Shown: piece after piece, positions 38,852 to 47,475 of the stretch | How the letters are laid out: every line of letters starts with the position of its first letter | Numbering within the stretch: the first letter of the stretch is position 1 | Origin: Bacteriovoracaceae bacterium | GTDB lineage: Bacteria; Bdellovibrionota; Bacteriovoracia; Bacteriovoracales; Bacteriovoracaceae | NCBI GenBank assembly: GCA_048270185.1 | Contig: JBLWTJ010000001.1 | Coordinates: forward strand, 736,001-800,000 | Direction of reading: 5' to 3' | Length of the DNA stretch: 64,000 nucleotides | Notes under the pieces: generated by a model | Told to the model about the DNA's origin: nothing | Seen by the model: only the letters and a program-made list of their open reading frames with translations | The model's database searches: none | Position numbers and translations under genes: made by a program

Positions 38852-38949
38852 ACTTTTGCACAGGTATGACGCATAGAAAAGGTACTGAAAATATATAATA
38901 ATGATAAATGTCGATGTCATATTAATGACTGACACATGAAGCCAATGTG

Positions 38950-39189
38950 TTACTTAATTGACTTTAGAAAGCGAGACAATTTCATCATGCCAATATCACA
39001 GGCTTCAGTTTCATCTTCGGCTCCAAACACTTGATCAACATGCTTAAAAATTTTCTTTGTTTCTTTATAAACAATTGAGACTTCTGCATTGAAACCTTTG
39101 TTAGTTCGGTTAACTTCTATCTGGCCAATGAGATTGTCATTATTTTGTAAAGTCACATAAAAATCTTTCGGATAATCATTTTGTTTCAT
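38950..39189 (-). CDS. Small hypothetical protein
   Basis: 79-aa ORF with protein-like composition filling the gap. Confidence 0.65.
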   Translation of the reverse strand: MKQNDYPKDFYVTLQNNDNLIGQIEVNRTNKGFNAEVSIVYKETKKIFKHVDQVFGAEDETEACDIGMMKLSRFLKSIK

Positions 39190-39223
39190 ATACTTGATTT
39201 ATCTAAATCAAAGGAGAAAGACA

Positions 39224-39766
39224 ATGAAATTTATTATCGCTGGTCTACTCTTCTCTAGTATGACTTTTGCTCAATGTTATGAAGTAAATAATGCCAATAC
39301 TAAAGTGAAGTGGACGGCCTTTAAGACAGCTAAGAAAGTTGGTGTTAAAGGAGAATTTAAAAAGTTTGATATCAAAACGACGAAGAAGCAAGGGACTATT
39401 GAAGAACTAGTTCGCGGTGCTCGTTTTACTATCGACGTGAACTCAGTTCATACAAAAGATACTTCACGTGATGCGAAGATCGAAAAATTCTTCTTCCAAG
39501 ATATGAAAGTATCTGGAGTTGTCTCTAAAGTTGATAAGAACTATCTCTATGTTGATATGACTCTTGCAGGTAAGACTGTAAAGGTTCCTATGAAGTATGA
39601 TATTGAAGATGGTGAACTAGAAGCTGAAGCTACAATTGATGTACTCGACTTCGCTCTAAGTAAAAATCTTTCGGCCATCAACAAGGCCTGTCTTGCTCTT
39701 CACGAAGGTAAGACTTGGAATGTTGTTGACGTCGAAATCGAATCTAAGTTCTCAAAGTGTAAATAA
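39224..39766 (+). CDS. YceI-family secreted protein
   Basis: Signal peptide; VKWTAFKT...VKGEF, IDVNSVHTKDTSRDAKI; AAGGAG SD before ATG 39224. Confidence 0.85.
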   Translation: MKFIIAGLLFSSMTFAQCYEVNNANTKVKWTAFKTAKKVGVKGEFKKFDIKTTKKQGTIEELVRGARFTIDVNSVHTKDTSRDAKIEKFFFQDMKVSGVVSKVDKNYLYVDMTLAGKTVKVPMKYDIEDGELEAEATIDVLDFALSKNLSAINKACLALHEGKTWNVVDVEIESKFSKCK

Positions 39767-39821
39767 TTCACACACTAACGGCCAAGATTGCTGAACATTC
39801 AGTAATTTTGGCCAGTGTTCT

Positions 39822-39850
39822 TTGAATATTTTTTTATTTATGTCCATAAT
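39822..39850 (+). promoter_or_regulatory. Putative sigma70 promoter
   Basis: TTGAAT-N17-CATAAT. Confidence 0.55.
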
Positions 39851-39900
39851 CAGGCTTCGCTTCACTGAAGTAAGCGTTAAACACTGGCCTGGAGGCATAT

Positions 39901-40719
39901 TTCAAAAAGATCTTAACCCTACTACTCTCCCTGTCGATTCACATAACCTATGCACAGGTAAATGAAATAGCCGTGCAGGAAGAAGAAAGTAGCATCATTG
40001 ACCTTTCAAATTTTAAATTACTTTACTTAAACTCTACTTATGGTGAAATGAATGCCAGTCAAAGAGATGGTATTTATATGGATCACTTAATGTACTTTCG
40101 TTACAACTTAACGAAAGATCAAAATATTCGTTGGGTTCCTGTCTATACTCAGATTTTTGGACAAGAAGGTGAAAAGAGTATTCAAGGTGATTACGCTTAC
40201 TCATCTTTTAGGTGGTATGTGAATAATATCCTGACGGAAAAAGATCATGGTGTGAGTCTTAATTTTCAAAATCGAAATTATATCTTTGATGGTGAAGATC
40301 GTGACAGTGGTTACGACAGTTATCACCGTGCGTACTTTCTATTCACAAAGAACACGACCAACTTCACTTTTGAGCTAAATACTTATGCGCAAATCTATAA
40401 TCGCAATGGACGTGATCCGAATACTAACACTTGGCGTACGATGCTTGGAACATTTGCATTCTACAACTTCAATGACAACTGGGGCCTAGGTCTTGGAAGT
40501 GAGTGGTATACCGATCACCGTGATGGAAAGAAAAGAATTGGTGATGATCGAATGGTACTTTATTTACCATACCTTCGATATGCTAAAGGCGATGGCTTTG
40601 TTGAACTCTATGCAACTTATACGGCCTGTAAATCAGGAGATGGAGATCATGCCATGATTATTGATGACTTCCATGAGAATGGAACGCTAACTCTTGATGT
40701 GGGTTACTATATCTTTTAA
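39901..40719 (+). CDS. Probable outer-membrane beta-barrel protein; start codon non-canonical or mutated
   Basis: Aromatic-rich alternating strands and C-terminal LDVGYYIF; in-frame signal peptide (F)KKILTLLLSLSIHITYA upstream of the track start at 39973. Confidence 0.65.
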   Translation, partial: FKKILTLLLSLSIHITYAQVNEIAVQEEESSIIDLSNFKLLYLNSTYGEMNASQRDGIYMDHLMYFRYNLTKDQNIRWVPVYTQIFGQEGEKSIQGDYAYSSFRWYVNNILTEKDHGVSLNFQNRNYIFDGEDRDSGYDSYHRAYFLFTKNTTNFTFELNTYAQIYNRNGRDPNTNTWRTMLGTFAFYNFNDNWGLGLGSEWYTDHRDGKKRIGDDRMVLYLPYLRYAKGDGFVELYATYTACKSGDGDHAMIIDDFHENGTLTLDVGYYIF

Positions 40720-40988
40720 TTCTTAACACAATCTCAACTTTTCTATTGAAGAGGTCATTGTTAAATTTACTTTGACCTCTCCACTTCATTGCACGCAACA
40801 AAGTGATTAAGTTTAGAGAACACAACACACGGCGGGCCCCTGAACTCGCCGTGTTTCCATTAAACTTCAACTATTTAGCCTATTTCACCAAACTTACCAA
40901 ATAATATTTACATTAACACAATCCTAACTTTGCATATCGTATCGCCCTTGATACTTAGGCTGAATAATACATTTTTAGGGAGATTATT

Positions 40989-41459
40989 ATGAAGCTAATT
41001 CTAGCACTACTTATTTCTGTTGTTTCTTTTGCAAACACTTATGAACTTGAAAAAACAATTACTCCAGAATTCAATTCTGACTACCAAGTGATGAATACAA
41101 TTTCACTTAAGAATGTAACTCTCGTTGACGCTGATGTTTTCACAAGAACTGTTCTTTTTACAGCTGAGCTTAACGGTAAGTTGGAAAATTTCAAAGGAAC
41201 TCTTGTTGAGAGAATCAACACAACTGATGGTTCAGAGGAATTCGTAGTTAAGGGTAACCTACAAAGAGATCACTTCAGCGAAGGTTTCTGTGATTCATTT
41301 GAAACTTTCTCATATGACTTCGAAGCAACACTTACAATCGAAGTACCAACTCCAGTGAAATACTTTGCAGTTGATAAGCTACAATTAAACCACGAGTACT
41401 CATGGGATAATTGCCACAGCACAACTCAGTACAACACACTTAATTACTTCAAAAACTAA
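40989..41459 (+). CDS. Secreted hypothetical protein
   Basis: MKLILALLISVVSFA signal; AGGGAG SD. Confidence 0.75.
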   Translation: MKLILALLISVVSFANTYELEKTITPEFNSDYQVMNTISLKNVTLVDADVFTRTVLFTAELNGKLENFKGTLVERINTTDGSEEFVVKGNLQRDHFSEGFCDSFETFSYDFEATLTIEVPTPVKYFAVDKLQLNHEYSWDNCHSTTQYNTLNYFKN

Positions 41460-41492
41460 TTCAAATACCCACGGCAGACCTTGCGTCTGCCG

Positions 41493-41569
41493 GCGATGGG
41501 CGCAAGCCCTGGCCAAACGCGATGGGCGCAAGCCCTGACCAAACGCGATGGGCGAAGCCCTAGCCAATC
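41493..41569. repeat. Three tandem ~26-nt hairpin repeats
   Basis: GCGATGGGCGCAAGCCCTG[GA]CCAAAC twice plus a degenerate third copy. Confidence 0.85.
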
Positions 41570-41589
41570 AAAAAATTTCGAAATGTATG

Positions 41590-41698
41590 CTGATTATTCA
41601 AAGTTTGCTGTGGATGCTGATGCAAGACGAGGGAAGGTGTAGTCTGCTACACCGACCGAAGTCAAGCGCAGCAGACGCAGTGAAATCTGAATAATCAG
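41590..41698. mobile_element. 109-bp MITE-like element with terminal inverted repeats
   Basis: CTGATTATTCA...TGAATAATCAG, extended imperfect pairing and an internal GGTGTAG-TCTG-CTACACC hairpin. Confidence 0.6.
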
Positions 41699-43134
41699 AA
41701 GAAGCCACCGCCCCAAGGTCCGCCCTTCTTGCGTGGCTTTTTCTTCTTTCCGCCACCAAGACCAGGCATACCACCCATTCCCGGCATACCAGGCATCCCT
41801 GGCATCCCTGGCATTCCACCACCTTTCATCATTTTTGAAAGGCCACCCATCATCTGCTCCATCTGCTTAAATTTAGCGATGAAGTCACGAACTTGGGCTT
41901 CAGTATTTCCAGACCCACGAGCGATACGCTTGATGTGAGAGTCTTTCATAATTTTATAATCTTCTCTTTCTTTCTTAGTCATTGAATTGATGATAACGCG
42001 CATACGTGCCATCTCAGCTTCTGCAGGAGAAAGATCCCCTACTTGCTTGAGAAGTCCACCCATTCCAGGAATCATTTTCATAATTGATCCCATTGAACCA
42101 AGATTCTTCATCATATCCATTTGCTTCATGAAATCGTTAACTGAAAATTTTCCTTTCTCTAAGCGCTTCATCATGCCTTCCGCATCATCTTTATCGATAG
42201 CAGCTTCGGCCTTTTCAACAAGAGTTAGAACGTCACCCATATCAAGAATACGTCCAGCAAGACGATCTGGGTGAAAGAGCTCAAGGTCCTTCATCTTCTC
42301 ACCAATTGAGATGAATTTAATAGGAACACTTGTTACATGCTTAATTGATAGAGCGGCACCACCACGAGCATCCGAGTCCATCTTTGAAAGAACAACACCA
42401 GTCAGTCCCACTGTCTCATGGAAGCTCTTTGCGACATTAACAGCCTCTTGCCCAGTCATGGCGTCAGCTACCATTAGAACTTCAGGGTTAAGCCCCTCAA
42501 GACTTTGGCGTACTTCTTTGATCTGCCCCATTAGTTCTTCATCAACGTGAAGACGTCCGGCCGTATCGATAATAACAACGTCTTTTCCATGCTCTTTTGC
42601 ATAGGCCATGGCCTCTGCAGCAATATCTTTCGGATGCTTTCCTAAATCAGAATCAAACCAATCCATATTCATTGATTTTGCAAGAGTGATTAACTGATCC
42701 TTTGCGGCTGGCCTAAAGGTATCAGCAGGAACAAGTAGAACATTCTTCTTTTCTTTCTTTGTTAGATAAAGTGAAAGCTTTCCAGAGAAAGTCGTCTTAC
42801 CTTGACCGTTAAGACCGACAATAAGAATTGGAGTAACGCCACCTTCTACAAAGTTAAGCTCAGTATTCTTATCTCCCATTGTCTTTGCAAGTTCATCATG
42901 AACGATCTTAATGAATTGCTCTTCTGGGTTAACACCTTTGATGACTTTTTCACCAAGTGCTTCTTCTTTTACGTTATTGATAAAATTCTTAACAACTTTA
43001 AAATTAACATCTGCCTCTAGAAGTGCTGTCTTAACAAGTTTTAGAGTTTCTTCAATATTACTTTCAGTAATTTTTCCCTTACCAGAAATATTCTTAAACG
43101 CTTGTGAGAACTTATCACTTAAATTATCAAACAT
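41695..43134 (-). CDS. ffh: Signal recognition particle protein
   Basis: ALLEADVN, GLNGQGKTT, DTFRPAA, DTAGR, DSDARGGAALS, Met/Gly-rich M domain. Confidence 0.98.
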   Translation of the reverse strand: MFDNLSDKFSQAFKNISGKGKITESNIEETLKLVKTALLEADVNFKVVKNFINNVKEEALGEKVIKGVNPEEQFIKIVHDELAKTMGDKNTELNFVEGGVTPILIVGLNGQGKTTFSGKLSLYLTKKEKKNVLLVPADTFRPAAKDQLITLAKSMNMDWFDSDLGKHPKDIAAEAMAYAKEHGKDVVIIDTAGRLHVDEELMGQIKEVRQSLEGLNPEVLMVADAMTGQEAVNVAKSFHETVGLTGVVLSKMDSDARGGAALSIKHVTSVPIKFISIGEKMKDLELFHPDRLAGRILDMGDVLTLVEKAEAAIDKDDAEGMMKRLEKGKFSVNDFMKQMDMMKNLGSMGSIMKMIPGMGGLLKQVGDLSPAEAEMARMRVIINSMTKKEREDYKIMKDSHIKRIARGSGNTEAQVRDFIAKFKQMEQMMGGLSKMMKGGGMPGMPGMPGMPGMGGMPGLGGGKKKKPRKKGGPWGGGFF

Positions 43135-43151
43135 TGTTCTTCCCTTATTTT

Positions 43152-43823
43152 TTACTTTTGTATTTTATTTAAAATTATTTCTAAACATTCACTTGGGTGG
43201 CTTGCCCAGTAATCAGCGCTATGCTCACCAAAGCCTTCCTTTGTAATACCACTCTCCCAAAGGGCCCCGATGCTTTCAATACCAAAAGAGCGTGCCCCAC
43301 GAGTATCAGTAAAGCTATCTCCAATCATAATGATTTTATCTTTAGGAGTCCCCTCTAACATTTCTAAAAGCCCCTGCGGGTGTGGCTTTGGAGTTGTGTC
43401 ATCAAGACAACGAAGTTCCAGAAAGTGTTGAAGCACATTTTGATCATCTAATATCTTAAGCGTTGATCTGCGATCACGGGCAGTCCAAACATAAAGCTGA
43501 AACTCGTGATTTAATAGATCGAGAATGAGTTTCTTCATTCCATCAAAGAGACGATAATTATTACTTTGTCGGGCCGTTACTTCCTTCCAAGTATTCATAA
43601 GCTTCATACGCTGAAGTTCTGAGTTTACTGGATCAAGACCAAATTGATTGGCCGTATAGACAAGATCTGGCCCATACTTATCCCGTGCTTCTTCCACCGT
43701 GACTTCACGGTTTAAAATGATGCTCATCATCTCGGCAACAGCGTGGATGACGGCCTCTTTAGAAGAAACTAAAGTACCATCGCAATCAAAAACAATATAT
43801 CCTCTTGGATTTTCAAAAAACAT
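43152..43823 (-). CDS. HAD-family hydrolase
   Basis: FDCDGTL, KPHP, IGDSFTD. Confidence 0.9.
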   Translation of the reverse strand: MFFENPRGYIVFDCDGTLVSSKEAVIHAVAEMMSIILNREVTVEEARDKYGPDLVYTANQFGLDPVNSELQRMKLMNTWKEVTARQSNNYRLFDGMKKLILDLLNHEFQLYVWTARDRRSTLKILDDQNVLQHFLELRCLDDTTPKPHPQGLLEMLEGTPKDKIIMIGDSFTDTRGARSFGIESIGALWESGITKEGFGEHSADYWASHPSECLEIILNKIQK

Positions 43824-43887
43824 TAGTAATTATTTCCAAATTATTGAAAAATGTTGACCTAATTTTAACTACTTGCTAAATAAGCGC

Positions 43888-44973
43888 ATGGCCAATAATC
43901 GCACTTTTTCACCATCTCTTCAAGCTAAGATTGACACTCTAATGGCACGTCGCCCAAAGGTCAAACTTGGTAATATTTCATTTGATTCACCACTTCTACT
44001 TGCTCCAATGAGTAGTATTTGTACGGCTCCATACCGTTTATTGATGGAAGAGCTAGGTGCCGGTGGAACAGTCAGTGAGCTCGTTTCATGCCACGGGATC
44101 AATTACAAGAATGAGAAGACTGTTAAGATGCTTGAAATTCACCCTCGTGAAAAGAATATTGGATTACAATTATTCGGAGAGGATGGGACGGCAATGGCCG
44201 AAGCAGCAAAAGTCGCCCAAGAAAGAGAGCCTAAATTCATTGATATCAATATGGGCTGCCCGGTTCGTAAAGTTGTGACAAAAGGTGGAGGATCGGCCCT
44301 CCTAAAAGATACTTCAAAACTTGGAAAGTTCTTTAATCAAATGAAGAATGCAATTGAGGTTCCTCTTACAATCAAGATTAGAACAGGATGGGATGAGAAT
44401 TCAATTAATGCCCAAGAAGTCATTCATATCGCCAAAGAAGAAGGTGTTGAGTTTGTTGCCATTCACGGCCGAACACGTACACAGGCATATAAAGGGCTTG
44501 CTAATTGGGATCTCTTAGAAAGTATCGCAGAAGTAAGTCCTCTACCAATTATAGGAAATGGTGATCTACACTCGGCCTTTATGACAAAGCAGCGACTGAT
44601 GGCCACTCGTTGCCAGGCCCTCATGCTTGGTCGCGGGCCTTTAAGAAATCCATTTATCTTCTTAGAAAGTTTTATGACTGATGAAGATGATTTTCAATTT
44701 ACTCCACTAGATCATCTTGAAGTGATCGAGCGCTTCCGCGAATATATGGAAGAATATACTGACCGAGATCGTACAGTTCTAATTACACTTAGAAAGAATA
44801 TTGTCTGGATGGCAGCAGGTTTCCCTAATGTGACTCACTTTAGAAATGTCATGTTCCAAACGCCAGATCTTGAAGAGACAATGAAGGTAACTCGTGAATA
44901 TTTCGATGCCATAAAAGATTGTCACAAGAAAATTGACCATACGCAGGCGTTTATGGCCGGCGGACACGGCTAA
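43888..44973 (+). CDS. dusB: tRNA-dihydrouridine synthase
   Basis: LAPM, DINMGCP, GGSALL, KIRTGWD, IHGRT, IGNGD. Confidence 0.9.
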   Translation: MANNRTFSPSLQAKIDTLMARRPKVKLGNISFDSPLLLAPMSSICTAPYRLLMEELGAGGTVSELVSCHGINYKNEKTVKMLEIHPREKNIGLQLFGEDGTAMAEAAKVAQEREPKFIDINMGCPVRKVVTKGGGSALLKDTSKLGKFFNQMKNAIEVPLTIKIRTGWDENSINAQEVIHIAKEEGVEFVAIHGRTRTQAYKGLANWDLLESIAEVSPLPIIGNGDLHSAFMTKQRLMATRCQALMLGRGPLRNPFIFLESFMTDEDDFQFTPLDHLEVIERFREYMEEYTDRDRTVLITLRKNIVWMAAGFPNVTHFRNVMFQTPDLEETMKVTREYFDAIKDCHKKIDHTQAFMAGGHG

Positions 44974-45068
44974 GTTCCCGATAAGCCGTAAATAACTAAA
45001 GTTTTCTTAATTAATTGACGAAAAGCTCTACTAGGAGATGAGGTTTATTCATTAAACTCTATTTAGTA

Positions 45069-47294
45069 ATGAGCAAAAGATTTATTTGTCATATTTTTCA
45101 AATATTTATCGTGAGTACCTTCACGCTTCAATCGACATTTGCCAATACTTGCTCTCAATATGAAGCCGAAATCAGCAAAATTCACCAACAACAAGATGAA
45201 ATGCAATTAACCAGTAACGGAAAAAGCAAATCTTTCAGTGATCTAAAGAAGCAAAGAGATGCGGCGATGGCCAACCTTCTTGCTCTTCGCTCTCTACGAA
45301 AAGTTCGAGATGAATATACTCAATACAAAAAAGATTCAATGCAAGTTGATATAGCATCTCTTCTGGATGACAAATCAAAAGCTGCTATTGAAAAAATTGA
45401 AAATTACACACAAGCAATCGCTAAATACGGCGTACTACACCCTATTGTCGATAAGTTAGCACAGATTAAAACGGATGATATCGACACAGTTAAAGATAAG
45501 AATTTTGTTGTAAGAGTTATGATGTATTTAAAAGAAGGACACGGTCGAAGCCTCTATGGCTACATCAGAACTAAGTGTAACGGTTTAAGCGCATCAATTG
45601 AAGACATCGAAGATATTTGCCATAATTTTAAAAGCTTTACTAAGAATTTTAGTCAAGATGATAAGTACCAGGACTCCATTAAAGCAACGATTAATAACTA
45701 CGGTGAGCTTTTAGAACAAATGTATCTTGGCGACATCGATAAAGAAGAGTTTGAAGAGCGCTTGGGAGATCATATTGAGGCCCTTTACGATAACAGTGTT
45801 AAAATTGAGCTTCAAAAACAAGGCGACACATACACAATGGTAAGAAATGAATCAAAGCAATCATTTCCAATGCTAACGAGTAATACTGATAATTCTTCTG
45901 CTTTTAAAAATATTTTTGAAGATGACTTCCTAAGAATTAAAGATGAGACTCCATCACTTGAAAATTATGATGAAAGTGAATCAGCAGCACTTAACGAAGC
46001 CTCTCAAAAGTTAAAGTCAAATATTAATGAAGAAAATGAAGCTGCACTTAGTGCCTATAATGACATTAGAAAAAATCTATCAAAATTAAAAGATTGTCGC
46101 GGTAAAATCTCAACCTGCTCATTTAATAATGAAACGGCAAAAGACTTAGTATCAAGTATCAATAAGCTAAATGCTAGAATTGGATACGGGAGTGACAGTG
46201 ACAAGATTAGTACAATAACGATCACAAATGATGATAAAGATAAGATTAGAGAAAGAGTTCAAGAGTTACTGGCAAGTCCACTAGATGACATTAAAACTCT
46301 CAACTTAACATCTGGTAATAAGCTCGATTACAAAGATATTATTACTAAGTATCTAAATGAGTTTTGTAAGGAATCAACAGTTAAGTCAATAGCACTAGAT
46401 AGTGGTGAGATTAAAGATGATCCTTTATATCGATGTATTGAAAGTGAATTAAATGACGATGCACTTAATCAGAAAATTGCTGAAGCAGAGAATCAGTTAA
46501 AGAATCAAGAAAGTTTAATAGCAAAGTTATTTAACAACAAAGCAATGAAAGAACTTGAAGTCGTCAAGGCCATTGTCTTAAAAACTTACGATAACTACTG
46601 TAAAGGATATCAATTAAAAGAAATTAGCTGTCTACCACCAGTCAATGGGGAGGACAGTAATTTAAAGGCATTGGTCAAGGTTCAAGAAGGTGCAAAGGAT
46701 ATTCTACTAACAGAAGATTATTCTCGCTACTACTACGGCGGATCTGATACTGATGATGAAAGACAATCTCAAGCCTATCTCAATGCTTACTGTCCAGAGA
46801 CTAGAACAAAAGTTTGTGGCGGGAAAGTTGTTGAAGTCGAAGTTGAAGAAGGTCAAGAAGAAGCAAGCAAGGACAAATTCCCAAATGCTTGTAACCTACT
46901 CCATAATAGAATGTGTAACCAAAAGACTTCTAAACTATACGAGAAAGCCGTTAAACTAAAAAAGAAAGAGTATTATGACTGGGATCCAATATCTGAGAGA
47001 ATGGTCAAAAAAAGACATGCTAAGGACTTTTGGCCTGAAGTTGCAATGTATGCAGCACAAAACTCTTACCGCTTTATGGGCCCAATGATAGCGACACAGA
47101 GCTTAAGAGGGCAAATACCTGGCCAAATCTATGCAGGACAGGCAAACGAGCAACGTATGGCCTATCAAGAACAATACTATGATTGGTATATGGAAAACTT
47201 AGATCTTTCGAATTCAAATATGTTTAATACATATTATGGTAGTCCTTTTTACTCAGGATCTTCATATACAAATAACTTTGGATACGCCTTCTAA
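45069..47294 (+). CDS. Large secreted helical hypothetical protein
   Basis: Signal peptide ending STFA, coiled-coil-like segments, scattered Cys, Y/G/N-rich C-terminus. Confidence 0.75.
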   Translation: MSKRFICHIFQIFIVSTFTLQSTFANTCSQYEAEISKIHQQQDEMQLTSNGKSKSFSDLKKQRDAAMANLLALRSLRKVRDEYTQYKKDSMQVDIASLLDDKSKAAIEKIENYTQAIAKYGVLHPIVDKLAQIKTDDIDTVKDKNFVVRVMMYLKEGHGRSLYGYIRTKCNGLSASIEDIEDICHNFKSFTKNFSQDDKYQDSIKATINNYGELLEQMYLGDIDKEEFEERLGDHIEALYDNSVKIELQKQGDTYTMVRNESKQSFPMLTSNTDNSSAFKNIFEDDFLRIKDETPSLENYDESESAALNEASQKLKSNINEENEAALSAYNDIRKNLSKLKDCRGKISTCSFNNETAKDLVSSINKLNARIGYGSDSDKISTITITNDDKDKIRERVQELLASPLDDIKTLNLTSGNKLDYKDIITKYLNEFCKESTVKSIALDSGEIKDDPLYRCIESELNDDALNQKIAEAENQLKNQESLIAKLFNNKAMKELEVVKAIVLKTYDNYCKGYQLKEISCLPPVNGEDSNLKALVKVQEGAKDILLTEDYSRYYYGGSDTDDERQSQAYLNAYCPETRTKVCGGKVVEVEVEEGQEEASKDKFPNACNLLHNRMCNQKTSKLYEKAVKLKKKEYYDWDPISERMVKKRHAKDFWPEVAMYAAQNSYRFMGPMIATQSLRGQIPGQIYAGQANEQRMAYQEQYYDWYMENLDLSNSNMFNTYYGSPFYSGSSYTNNFGYAF

Positions 47295-47475
47295 AAACCA
47301 CAAATTATTGCCGATCACAGTTTGGTCACTAAAGTACTTCCCCATGAAATTACTTTAAATTTCAATATGTTAACCCATATTAGGTATTTCTTACCTTTCT
47401 TTTAATATCAACAGGTTATTATTAAGTTAAGGGCGAAATCTCACGATTAGGATATGGGTAGGACATTATAAACTA

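Noticed and set aside
40658..40870. 70-aa minus-strand ORF
   Set aside because: TTG start without a clear SD, overlaps the barrel gene end and crosses hairpins; no protein-like features
41493..41569. Possible mini-CRISPR array
   Set aside because: Repeats are head-to-tail without unique spacers, and no cas genes are in the window
41472..41698. Possible SRP RNA or c-di-GMP-I riboswitch next to ffh
   Set aside because: No SRP domain IV consensus; GGGCGCAAGC only superficially resembles the GEMM motif, lacks its P1/P2 layout and lies between convergent 3' ends
41761..41822. 9-nt repeats encoding MPG in ffh
   Set aside because: Met/Gly/Pro-rich tails are ordinary for Ffh M domains
41598..41822. 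74-aa Cys-rich ORF (MVECQGCQGC...)
   Set aside because: Alternative frame of the ffh MPG repeats running into the MITE-like element
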